Assembly (NCBI GenBank): GCA_943704425.1
Contig: CALSCP010000368.1
Span: forward strand, 69,808-102,520
Length of the DNA stretch: 32,713 nt
Direction: 5' to 3'
Origin: Ministeria vibrans ATCC 50519
Lineage: Eukaryota > Protista > Filasterea
Under the pieces are notes generated by a model, which saw only the letters and a list, made by a program, of their open reading frames with translations, made no database searches and was not told where the DNA came from. A program made the translations under genes and the position numbers. Below, piece by piece: positions 1 to 9,779 of this stretch (its first letter is position 1; each line of letters opens with the position of its first letter).

Positions 1-84
1 AAAAAAAAAAAAAAAAAAAAAAAACAAAGAGGAACGAATCCTATTTATCCTCATTTGACACTCGGCATCACGAAAAACTTATAG

Positions 85-1112
85 GAATTAGACGTATGGG
101 ATGTCAATGGGACAATTAAATGCAAAGCCGAACTTGAAGGAGTACACGCTAAAATAGTGACAAAAGGTTGTCTTGAGTGCACTCATGGTTTTACAACACT
201 TTTCAGATTCCGGATGTGACTGTGACCCTTCGCGCGGGAGTGGGGCTTGACGGAGTGACCTTTCACACATGTGTGCATGCAGGCGATGCCTCACTGCCCA
301 GCACAGTCCGTCGTCAGCTTTCCTTTTCACCGCCACTCGAACAGTTTAGTCTCTGTCATTTTCGGTACTACACAAAGACTCATCCACCAGCCTCCTTCTC
401 ACCATGGTACCTTTTTTTTTTTTTTTTTTTTTTTTTTGTGACGCCAGAGCCGACGGCGTGAAAGACTTGCCCATTCGAGGGGGCTATCAAGTAAAGGCAG
501 AAGGGCCTGCAGTCGGCGGCAGTGGGCTAGTGCGGCAGTACCGCGCAACGGCACAGCTCAAGCTGGGTGAGCACATGCCCAACTCATTCGATTACTGTGA
601 GCTGCGCCTGCCTTTCCCCAACCACGGCCTCATCCGCTCTGTCGACGCCACTGCCTCCGTGGGCACCTGTGTTGTTGGCAACGACCGTCGTCATCTGCGC
701 TGGACAATCGGCACGCGCTTCAGCGGCCGTGGCAACGAGCTTAGCCTGTCCGTCCTCATCACCTTCGATCCCGACAGCCGTCGCAGTACTCCCGACGCAG
801 ACCCCTCTCACTGCCATCTCAATGTCTCCGCCCTCCTCTACTTTAAAATGATCGACTGCTCCCTTGCAGACTGCTCCGTCGACTCCATCGCTGTCTTTCC
901 CTCCACCAAATTCAAACTGTCCATCGGTCGTGAGGTACAACAACAAAAAAAAAACAAAAAACAAATGCAACAAAAGAAGAGGAATGTGTGCTAGTTAGTG
1001 TGTCCGACTCATTGCTTCCCTGTAGCTTATATCGAACGAGTATCGCATTCGAAACAAATATGCTCCGAAAACCCCGTCGCTTCTGATGCCCTCTTTCCTC
1101 GGCACTTCATAG
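85..1112 (+). CDS. AP5M1: AP-5 complex subunit mu (mu-homology domain), 3' part; exons ~85-141, 207-364, 448-934, 1026-1112; the 5' end lies outside the window
   Basis: GT-AG joins give an in-frame product DVWDVNGTIKCKAELEG|IPDVTVTL...FSPPLEQFSLCHFR|ADGVKDLPIRGGYQVK...NSFDYCELRLPFPNHG...LRWTIGTRF...|LISNEYRIRNK...*. It follows the AP5M1 C-terminal pattern as I recall it (TCKCDLEG, FTPPLESFNLC, LPILGFYQMK, NNFEFCEAHIPF, LISSDYYIWNS). The first acceptor (84 vs 91) is uncertain. Confidence 0.88.
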
Positions 1113-1163
1113 TAGCACATCAAAAACAGCACTGTATTATAAAAAAAGTTATTCGTATTGTTG

Positions 1164-4028
1164 TTACTTTGCAATTTGGAGGTTGGACCATTCAATGGAG
1201 TGTCGTCCAGTCGCAATGCGTTGCTCACGACCCGCAACGCGCACCGAGCCTGAGACGCCCGGCGGGAGGGAGACGGTGAGCGAGAGGGAGACGGTGCCAT
1301 GTGTAGGGTCGGCACTGTGCCACTTGACATCCGAGTGGATGCGTCCGCGCGGCGAGTCAAACGACGCAGTGATGGTGTCAACGCCCGGTTGTCGCTTGGG
1401 TGTTATAACGACGGCGTCCCAGGCACGTGCGTTAGGCGCCTGCTGGATGCCGCCCAGGTACTTCCAGAAGTACTCCTCAATGTGACCCATCATCAAGTGC
1501 ATGTGGGAGTAGCCGCGTCGGCAGTCCCATGCCTCGCACAAGTTGGTGTAGCCCTGCTCGACCATAAAGGCGTAGCCCCAACCGGTTGCGTTGGCAAGCA
1601 CGTCCGCCACCACGTCCGTGTAGTCGTAGTCACCAAGGACCGTATACAGACTCGGGTTGGCAACTTCACCCGAGACGGTGTGGTTGAGAGCGCGGATGCC
1701 CCGGATCAGCTCGGTGATGGTGCGCGACAAATGCTGCTTCTCAACGAGCCCCAAGCGAATGGCAAGCGCCATGGTCGCCTCCGTTGGATAAAGATAAGTG
1801 AACGGGTCGAAGTAGGCAAGGTTGAAGGCGGTGCGCGCCGACGCAGCGCGCTTCTCAAAAGTCGTGGCATCCGCGTCGTGACCAAGCAGCCGCGCGACGG
1901 CCGCCTGTGCCGTCAGACTAACAATCATGGTGCTTGTTGCGGTGACGCCAATGGGCGTTGGGTTGCCAATGTCGTGGTCGAGCCAATCGTTGAGACCAAA
2001 CTCAATGACGCCTTGCGAGGTGCGTTGGCGCTCGAGAAACTCAAGGTAGCGCACCGACGTGTCGTAGACGAGACGGGCCGTCTGTACGTCGCCATACCAC
2101 TGTGCAAGGAAGGAGGGCACGAGCACACTGGACGCGCCCCATTCGGGACTGTTGCGGTAGCCGTTGGCAAACAGGATGAACTCAGGCGCAACATCGGGAA
2201 TGAGACCGTCCAGGGGATCGGACACGTTGCGCACTTGTGCGTGTGCCATGTTGTATGCCGTCTGTGCAAACATTTGCGACACGTCAAAGTTGTAGGCGAT
2301 GCTGGGGGCCATGAGATGGTTCTGCTCGAGCCAGGGCAGCCGCTCGCGGTGTGGGCAGTCGGAGAAGTAGAAGAGAGCGTTGCTCTCGATCGAGCTCACT
2401 GTCAGATTGTGAATGGCATTAATGAGTGGTGAAGACGAGGTCAGCCTGCCCACGACGGGCAAATTGGCGCGAACGGGAATGCCATGCATCACTGAGACAG
2501 TCGGCAAAATGCGACCGAGCGGTGGTGACGACCGTCTGCGCTTGCCTCGCGCACGCACTGATGCCTCGTCTGCCTCTTCCTTCTCCCACTCCTCTGCATC
2601 TTGGTCTGATTCATGTCCTATCCACGCGGCGGCATCCTCGCCAATGCCCGTCGTGGCGTTGATGCCGCGGATTTCGAGCCAGCGATGGCCGTAAATGGAA
2701 AATTCAGGCTCAAACGTATACGATGAAGTGCTACCGTCCAGCTGGAGCTCCCAGTAAAAGGGTTTGCCACTCATGGACTGGTCGACGTGGCCCGTTGTAT
2801 CGTTGATCATTTCGCCGGGGTACATGCGGACGGTGGCGCCCCACAGCGGATCAATATTGGTGAAGGTGATGCGGGGCCAGCCGGCAAAGGCACTGCCCAG
2901 ATCGACGGTCATGCGCGAGCGACCAAGACGCCGCACCGACTGTACGTAGTGCTTTGAGGCGCGTACCACCTGCGGCAGCTGCGACAGCACCATGGCACCG
3001 CCCGGATACCAAAGGTCGCAGTTGTCGGCAGGACGCCAGTATGCGGGGTCATGAAGAGCCTGCATAAACGTCTCGCCTCCGTAGACGGTGCTGAAGCGCA
3101 GTGAGTGCATGTCGGTCGTGGCCCAGGCGTCCTGGTCCGTGGTTGATGCGACCGTGACCTGCTGGCCGCTGGCGAGCAGCACCACCATATAGAGAAAGGC
3201 CATGCGAGGTCCGCGCACGTTGATGTTATCGTGGTAGCGGGACGTCGCCGGCACATTCCACATGCCGTTGCCCACGAGAATTGTCATCAAGTTGGTTGCG
3301 TTGCTGCGCACCAGCTCGGTCGCGTCCAGCACGGAAAAGAGCGTCTCCTTGTCGTTGGAGGTGTATGCGCCGTCGAGGGCCGCCTCGCCAACATGCTTGT
3401 CGTTGACGGAGACCTTGAAGGAGCCCAGACCGGCGACGGTGATGAGTGCCGACACGACTGGATCGTCGTGGGGCAGGTCGAAGCGGGTGCGCAGCAGCGT
3501 CGTCATGGGCTGTGCCGAGTGTTTGGGCATGTTTGCATCAAAACAAATCCAGTGGGCCGTGTCGACGAGACGCGCAGGTGCCGTTGCGACAAGCATGACG
3601 GCGGACGCCGAGAAGGGCGAAGGATCGGCGGCACTTGCGCCACTGGCCATCGTCCACACTCGGATGCGGTAGGTGTAGCGGCCGACGGGAAGGCGTGCGA
3701 GCAGGGCGGGGCGAATGACTGCGTCGGCAACCCAAGGATCTGCCGATTTAAGCTGCTGCGACGAGTAACACTGGCTCTCGGCCGGCGCCACGGTACACAC
3801 CTCCATCTCAAATGACGTCTGGTTCACGACAGTCGCCGCAGCGAGGACGGCGTCGTTGCTTTTGAGCGAGTTGCGCCAGGCGATCGTCAGAGTTGGCTGC
3901 GCCTCTTCGCCTTCGCTCACCTGCAGGCGGCGCAAGCCATAAGGGCTTCCGTCGTCCGGTACACCAATAGGCGATGCTGCGAACACCAGCGATGTGCAGC
4001 AGAGAGTGGCGAAAGCAAAAACGAGCAT
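1164..4028 (-). CDS. Secreted glycoside hydrolase family 78 (alpha-L-rhamnosidase-like), 954 aa, intronless
   Basis: Uninterrupted ORF with a hydrophobic N-terminal signal peptide (MLVFAFATLCCTSLVFA). GH78 motifs: LRTRFDL, GLGSF, GNGMWN, STVYGGE, DLGSAFAGWP, catalytic-acid region SDCPHRERLPWLEQ, GLNDW, base region LCEAWD, SHMHLMMGH, C-terminal SPRGRIHSD. Confidence 0.9.
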   Translation of the reverse strand: MLVFAFATLCCTSLVFAASPIGVPDDGSPYGLRRLQVSEGEEAQPTLTIAWRNSLKSNDAVLAAATVVNQTSFEMEVCTVAPAESQCYSSQQLKSADPWVADAVIRPALLARLPVGRYTYRIRVWTMASGASAADPSPFSASAVMLVATAPARLVDTAHWICFDANMPKHSAQPMTTLLRTRFDLPHDDPVVSALITVAGLGSFKVSVNDKHVGEAALDGAYTSNDKETLFSVLDATELVRSNATNLMTILVGNGMWNVPATSRYHDNINVRGPRMAFLYMVVLLASGQQVTVASTTDQDAWATTDMHSLRFSTVYGGETFMQALHDPAYWRPADNCDLWYPGGAMVLSQLPQVVRASKHYVQSVRRLGRSRMTVDLGSAFAGWPRITFTNIDPLWGATVRMYPGEMINDTTGHVDQSMSGKPFYWELQLDGSTSSYTFEPEFSIYGHRWLEIRGINATTGIGEDAAAWIGHESDQDAEEWEKEEADEASVRARGKRRRSSPPLGRILPTVSVMHGIPVRANLPVVGRLTSSSPLINAIHNLTVSSIESNALFYFSDCPHRERLPWLEQNHLMAPSIAYNFDVSQMFAQTAYNMAHAQVRNVSDPLDGLIPDVAPEFILFANGYRNSPEWGASSVLVPSFLAQWYGDVQTARLVYDTSVRYLEFLERQRTSQGVIEFGLNDWLDHDIGNPTPIGVTATSTMIVSLTAQAAVARLLGHDADATTFEKRAASARTAFNLAYFDPFTYLYPTEATMALAIRLGLVEKQHLSRTITELIRGIRALNHTVSGEVANPSLYTVLGDYDYTDVVADVLANATGWGYAFMVEQGYTNLCEAWDCRRGYSHMHLMMGHIEEYFWKYLGGIQQAPNARAWDAVVITPKRQPGVDTITASFDSPRGRIHSDVKWHSADPTHGTVSLSLTVSLPPGVSGSVRVAGREQRIATGRHSIEWSNLQIAK

Positions 4029-4177
4029 AAAAATTAAAAATTATTGTTTATTGAGGTGAACTTGTCAAATTGATAATGTCCCAAATTGAAATAAGCTCAT
4101 GCAGTTTGTTTAGAAAAGTACCCTTGCGCTCGTGTGTGATAACTCCCTCATTTGTGATCGACCAACGCTTTAAGATT

Positions 4178-6198
4178 TTATTGGCTCTTGGCTTTCTGTT
4201 GAGGCGCAATGTGCGGCACAATAACCATCAGGATAACTCCAAATATCACAACATAGCCAGTTGCGGCAAAAACTTCGAGAATTGGCGAAATCGTCATCAG
4301 ATCGAATGACACAAGTGCGTATGAAATAATGGCCCTAAGTAACAAAGAGAATCAATACTCAAAACGGTTTCGTGTAGGGACTACGGCGCACCAGCGACAA
4401 AGGTAGCTAGAAATGTTCCACAGGAGATTGAACAGTCGCGAGTTGAGTCGATCCGACAGCGACTGGACGACCGGATTGAATGCACGTTCAGCAAAAAGTC
4501 CTAAACGCATGATGAACAATTAGTACAAAATGACTCTCTTTCTACCACTGTTTATCTCTCCCCTTCACTGTNNNNNCTCTCTCTCTCTCTCTCTCCCTCA
4601 CACGTACCAGAAAATTCGAGGAAGAAAGCCACAAAGTAGCCGGCATGAAATCCATGCCAGATGGCAAGATAGACGAGGGTGAGCAGCGTCGACGCATGCT
4701 TGTTCCCCAGGAACATTAATCGCTTAAAAACATACCGCTACACAACCAATCGACCACAGAAAGAGAGAAAGAAAGAGAGTAAGGAATGAGAATATATAAA
4801 GGAAAGAGAAAATAGTGAGACACACATATCTCTCTGTCTCACTTACCTTGGCCCAGAAGTTGGTGCGCACATTGAAGGAGGCAACCATACCTTGGCAGTT
4901 GAGCGCACGCTCAAAGCCAAACGGGATAATGTTCTGCAGCGCATTGAATGTGTATGAGCCGTCCACTGCAAAGAGAAGTAGCAAACAACATTCAAAAGAT
5001 GGACAAAAAGAACGCGTGTGTGTTGGAGATACCCTTTCCGGAAAACGAGATGCCAGAGAGAATGCAGCTGCCCTCGGCCACCAGCCACACACCCATGTAA
5101 CGACAGATAAGCACGCGCGATACTGCCATAACAAATCTGTGGTCATTTGGGGTGGGGTGGGTGTTAGTTGTGGGTGAGGGGTGAGTGAGTGTGTGTTTGT
5201 GTGAGTGTACAGCAGTCGGTCAAGGTAGAAGCCGCCGGTAAGGAAGTCGGCGGAGCGCAGGTGAGCAACGGGGAAGATGGGTGTGAGCACGGCGTTAATG
5301 CCAATGTACACTACACCCAGCGCAAAGCGCGTCAGTGCGGTCCAGAACATCGCCATGTGCATTTTCGGATCCTTTTGTGCGTCGGCGGGCACAATGTCGC
5401 CTGCGACGTAACGTAGGTAGCGCTGCATGGGGAACTGCGGGCCCACCTGCACACCCCCAAAGAAGGAGCAGTATGCAAGCATTTCGAGCAGCGAAGGACG
5501 TGTGGTAAGCACGACAGGGTCGGCTGCGTCTGCTTTGGCGTACTTTTCAGCCACTGAAAGTGCAAAGACATTTTCACGTGTAAGTGTAAGTGTGTGCGCG
5601 CTCTCTCTCTCTCTTTCTCTCTTTGCACATCTCTTTCGTACAAGCCTTGTCACAGCCATCGGCATAATCATATGCAATGGACACTACTCGCAGAGTGAGA
5701 ATGCATTCGACTGTCGTAATGTTAATGTCGTAGTCCTCCGTCGCATAAATGGAGTAGAGATAGAGCAGTTTGGCAAGACTCAGCACAACGACAGTCTGAG
5801 CCATTCTGGCCGTCTACGAGACACGCAAATGTCAGACAGCCCACTGCATGACACAACGATCGGTCTGAGCGCGTACTGGACCCATGAAGACCATCAGCAG
5901 CCAGGTGGCGACGACAGTAACGAGAACTTGGACGACGCTCTCACCATAGCTGTAGTACACCAAACCAAGACCGGTCGCCATGAAATACACGTGTTGCACG
6001 AGTGCCGGAAAGACCGACACTAGACGTGCCCCAATGGCGGCCGGGTAGCCCTTCGACAAGGTGAAGTTCAGCGGGGTTATTCAAATCGAGCGCACTTACC
6101 AGCATCACCGACAGCAGCAGGCGAATGGCGGTCGCATTGACGCCCACCGCATCCGCAATGGTCTGGTCCAACACCGCAAACTGTTGAAGGTACTCCAT
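4178..6198 (-). CDS. LPCAT3: MBOAT-family lysophospholipid acyltransferase (LPCAT3/MBOAT5/nessy-like), 9 exons
   Basis: Eight GT-AG introns (donors at 6099, 5876, 5641, 5210, 5032, 4846, 4607, 4391) give a continuous membrane protein with GYP, YDINITTVECILTLR, PSLLEMLAYCSFFGGVQVGPQF, WLVAEGSCILSG, SFNVRTNFW|RYVFKRLMFLGNK, LAIWHGFHAGY (MBOAT catalytic His) and a Lys-containing C-terminus (QKAKSQ*, stop 4178-4180). Confidence 0.88.
4572..4576. other. Assembly gap (5 N) beside a (CT)n tract in LPCAT3 intron 7
   Basis: nnnnn in the sequence. Confidence 0.99.
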
Positions 6199-6330
6199 TG
6201 AGAAAGAATGTGATTGAACATTGATCGTTGAATGATTTGAATCATTCCCAAAGTTCGCTAATCGGCCGATTCTTTTTATCTGAATTCTGAAAAACTATTC
6301 TTTTCTTTATCTGCCTTTGCGTCGTATCCC

Positions 6331-9300
6331 ATGAGCGACCCACCCGCTTCAGAGGACCCCCTAGCGGCCCTCGAGCGCGGAGGATTCTCCTCGTTCTCGT
6401 CCTTCTCGTCGTATCAACCTGCCAAAGTGGATTCGGTCGCGGCGGATCGACAGCGGCAACAACGACGCGAGCGTCCCGTCGATAGTGACGACAACGAGCA
6501 AGAGGAGAGACGCAAGCGCAAGAAGCACAAGAAGAAACACTCGGCGAAGTCATCAGCAAAACAACCGTCGTCGTCTGCCACTGCCACGCTCGTGCCTCCA
6601 GCCGCACCCTCCTTGTATGTGTCGTCGAGGGCTGTCGAGGGGGCCTTCCGCGTCGATCGAAAGGGCGACCAGCACAATGTCGCGTACAACTCGCTCTATG
6701 CGCACGACATTCCCGCCTACCGTCGTCCCTACGGTGCCTTCTGCCTCGGGGTCCCGCCTCTTCGCCTGGCCTTTGACGATCGCCGTGGCATCACTGCGAC
6801 CGCAAGGCGCAATCGTTTGCTGGCGCGTTCGGGCGACCGTGATGCGTCGACCTTTCGTTTGCACCGATACTGTCATGCCGCACAAGCAAGACTGCTGCGA
6901 AAGACTGTACCGCTTCCCGTTCTCGCCACACTCTCTCCTTCTTCTTCTTCTTCTTCTTCAACTACTACTACTACTACTCCGAGCACAACGAACCCGGACT
7001 ACATCCCACTTGAGAGCCCCACAGTCAGTGTGCCGAAGCCTAGAGCTCGTGCCGACCCTTCCGACTCCGCGTCCGCCCTCACCACCACCGCCACACCGGA
7101 TCCCGTCATGGTGCGCACACGTCAGCTGAATGAAGAGCTTCGATTACGACCGCACGATGTGTCGCTCTGGCTTGCGCTCGTGTCCCACCAAGACCAGGTG
7201 GTGCCCGAGACACTGCGCAGTCGAGAGACTGTTCTGCTCGAAAAGAAGCTTTCTATCTACGAGAGGGCCATCGAGGCTAATCCTACGGTGGATGGACTCA
7301 TTGCACTACAGCTGTCGCTTTGCGAAGATCTGCAAGACCGCGAGACGGTCGAGCAGCGCTGGCGTCAGACACTCTTCCGCCGACCCGCGTCCACTCTGCT
7401 TTGGCGTCGCTACCTTTCTTTTGTCAATGCCAACTTTTCGTCGTTCACAGCCGACGCGCGCCAGCAGGCCTATGAGCGATGTTTGCGCATGGTCTCGTCG
7501 GTACGTGACGGTTCGTATCGCGCCGCTTCGTTCGACGGCTCGCCCGCCGCTCAACAGCACCTTGAGCAGGAGAGTGCGCGACTCTTTGCACGTGTATGCG
7601 AGCAAATGTGCCATTCGGGTTACCTCGAGCGATCCATCGCCGCCGTCCAGGCACTCTTCGAGCTCAACCTGTTTTTGCCTGAGTCGCTCAGCGACACACT
7701 CACTGTCGGGCGCGTTGCTTTTCTCGAAGCCTTCTGGGACAGCGGCGCGGCGCGCTTTGGTGAAGAGGGCGCGAGCGGATGGGCCGCCTGGCACACGCTG
7801 CCCAAGACGCAACAGCGTGGACTCGGGTCGCGCGACAGCGGGGCCGTGAGCGACGATGATGAGGCGGAGGAGGCAGAGGAGGATAATGACGACGAGAATG
7901 GCACGGGTGTTGCGCGGCGATGGCGACTGCTCGAACAGCGCCGCGCCCACACGCACTGGCGACCGTACAAGGAAGACGCGGCGGCGGACCTTGTCGACGC
8001 TGATCGTGTGGTCGTCTTTGACGACATTAGTGGTCTGCTGTTTTGCACTCGCTCGCTTCCGCTGCTTGACCGTCTGCTTCGTGTGCTCCTGCGTCTGCTA
8101 GATGCCTCGTGGTGTCTCACGATGCCTCGCGACACCAGTGCCAGTGCGTGGGAGCTCGATCGACACGCACAGGAGATCAATCCGGCACGCGTCAGTGCCG
8201 CCACCGAGTCGACCATTGGTCCGCTCGATGAGGCGCCTGCTGTGCACTTCCTTCCCGTTGCGCGTCCCCGCCACACCACCGATGTTGCCTGGCCTCTTTC
8301 CCTTCACCTCTTTGTCGGGCGACTTCTCCAGCAAACCGCCATGGCGTTTGCCGCGCACGAGTGTCACGCTGACGATCCACTACTTGCGGCCGGACTCGCT
8401 GACGAGTATGCCGCTGCAGCAGTGCTTTATGCAACTGCAACTGATGCACTGCTTGATCAGACGGCAGAGGCGACAACGACAGCGACATCAACATCAACTG
8501 CCGAAACGACGACAACAATGCCAATGAAGGTGAAAAAGAAGAAGAAGAAGGCGAGCCATGGACGTGCGCTGGCCAAGCAACTGCTGCAACACGAGCGGTT
8601 TGCGTCGTCAGCGTGGGTCTGGTCAGCGTACGCCGAGACTGCTCCCGACCCGTGTGCCGTCTACACGGCTATGGTGCAGGCGGCCGCCGACTGGCCTGCC
8701 CACCAGCGTCTCATGCTACCCGTTCTGGTGTTGCGTCGCGCACTGCTCTGCTCGCCCACCGAGGGTGCCATGACAACTCTTGCGGCGCTCTGTGCGCTCG
8801 TTGACGACGACATCGATGCCGACCCGTCGCCCACGCGACTCTTGCGCTGTCGCTCGCGTTTTTCCGCGCTTCCTCTGCCCGCGGGTGATACAGTAGCCAG
8901 TGCTCCAGCTGTGCTTGCGTTCACTTCCACGCGTACGTGTCACGCACTCTTTGCCTACCTCAACATGGGCGGCGTCTCACTCACGGCTGCCCGTGAAATT
9001 TTTGCCGCTGCGCACGCACACGTGTCGTCGTACCTCTCGCTACAACGGGACGCACGTACGCTTGCCGCCGAACAACTCTTCCTGCAAGAGTCACATTTGT
9101 TGCAGTACCACGCACGGCTGCACGCGACCCCTCCACGTCTGCTGCGCACTCACTGCGAGCGCGCCCTTGCCCTCTTTCCCGCCAACCTCCACCTGCTGCG
9201 TGCCTTTGTCGACAACGAGCGCCGCAGTCGCATCTCCGGACATCTGCGTCGCTTTCTCGATGCACTCTGTGCGCACACGCAATCACCGCTTGTCTGGCAA

Positions 9301-9690
9301 GTGGCCATTGAGTCCGAGATGGGACTGCCGGCCGGTCAAAACAGAGCACGTGCTTTACTTGCGCGCGCTCTCTCGTCCACCGCTGCGACCTCTCGTGTTG
9401 GTACTTCACCCTCTGCCATGGCACCCAACGACCCGACTGCCACATTTGACGATCGTGTTGACGTACGCCAGTCGGCTTTGCTGTGGCGTCTTGAGCTAGC
9501 TGCACACTCGGACGAGACGGCTCGCGTCAAGCATCGCGTGTACGCAGCGCTACAGCGCGTGCCCGGTGTCAAGGCGATCTTCCTCGATGCTGTTGCGTCG
9601 AACGCCTTTGCTCCCGACGAGGCCTGCGACCTCATGGTGGAGAAGGGACTTCGCGTGCGCTGTTTTCCCGAGGAGTTGTCTGTATTATGA
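6331..9690 (+). CDS. NRDE2: NRDE2 (nuclear exosome/MTR4 regulator, HAT-repeat protein), 1119 aa, intronless
   Basis: Basic NLS-like N-terminus, then FRVDRKGDQHNVAYNSLYAHDIPAY, LNEELRLRPHDVSLWLALVSHQD, EKKLSIYERAIEANP, SGYLERSIAAVQALFELN, FWDSGAARFGEEGASGW, DADRVVVFDDI and C-terminal LMVEKGLRVR, all as in NRDE2. Confidence 0.92.
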   Translation: MSDPPASEDPLAALERGGFSSFSSFSSYQPAKVDSVAADRQRQQRRERPVDSDDNEQEERRKRKKHKKKHSAKSSAKQPSSSATATLVPPAAPSLYVSSRAVEGAFRVDRKGDQHNVAYNSLYAHDIPAYRRPYGAFCLGVPPLRLAFDDRRGITATARRNRLLARSGDRDASTFRLHRYCHAAQARLLRKTVPLPVLATLSPSSSSSSSTTTTTTPSTTNPDYIPLESPTVSVPKPRARADPSDSASALTTTATPDPVMVRTRQLNEELRLRPHDVSLWLALVSHQDQVVPETLRSRETVLLEKKLSIYERAIEANPTVDGLIALQLSLCEDLQDRETVEQRWRQTLFRRPASTLLWRRYLSFVNANFSSFTADARQQAYERCLRMVSSVRDGSYRAASFDGSPAAQQHLEQESARLFARVCEQMCHSGYLERSIAAVQALFELNLFLPESLSDTLTVGRVAFLEAFWDSGAARFGEEGASGWAAWHTLPKTQQRGLGSRDSGAVSDDDEAEEAEEDNDDENGTGVARRWRLLEQRRAHTHWRPYKEDAAADLVDADRVVVFDDISGLLFCTRSLPLLDRLLRVLLRLLDASWCLTMPRDTSASAWELDRHAQEINPARVSAATESTIGPLDEAPAVHFLPVARPRHTTDVAWPLSLHLFVGRLLQQTAMAFAAHECHADDPLLAAGLADEYAAAAVLYATATDALLDQTAEATTTATSTSTAETTTTMPMKVKKKKKKASHGRALAKQLLQHERFASSAWVWSAYAETAPDPCAVYTAMVQAAADWPAHQRLMLPVLVLRRALLCSPTEGAMTTLAALCALVDDDIDADPSPTRLLRCRSRFSALPLPAGDTVASAPAVLAFTSTRTCHALFAYLNMGGVSLTAAREIFAAAHAHVSSYLSLQRDARTLAAEQLFLQESHLLQYHARLHATPPRLLRTHCERALALFPANLHLLRAFVDNERRSRISGHLRRFLDALCAHTQSPLVWQVAIESEMGLPAGQNRARALLARALSSTAATSRVGTSPSAMAPNDPTATFDDRVDVRQSALLWRLELAAHSDETARVKHRVYAALQRVPGVKAIFLDAVASNAFAPDEACDLMVEKGLRVRCFPEELSVL

Positions 9691-9779
9691 AACAAAAGTG
9701 TACACTACAATATGCGACTCATTCTCTCTTTCTTTCTGTCTGTCGCTGATCAAAATTCAAAAATGATCATAATTCTTCA

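Noticed and set aside
1299-2432. 377-aa antisense ORF over GH78, and similar long antisense or alternate-frame ORFs over NRDE2, the carboxylase, POC5 and 28624-29565
   Set aside because: Shadow ORFs expected from GC-rich codon usage; no recognisable motifs.
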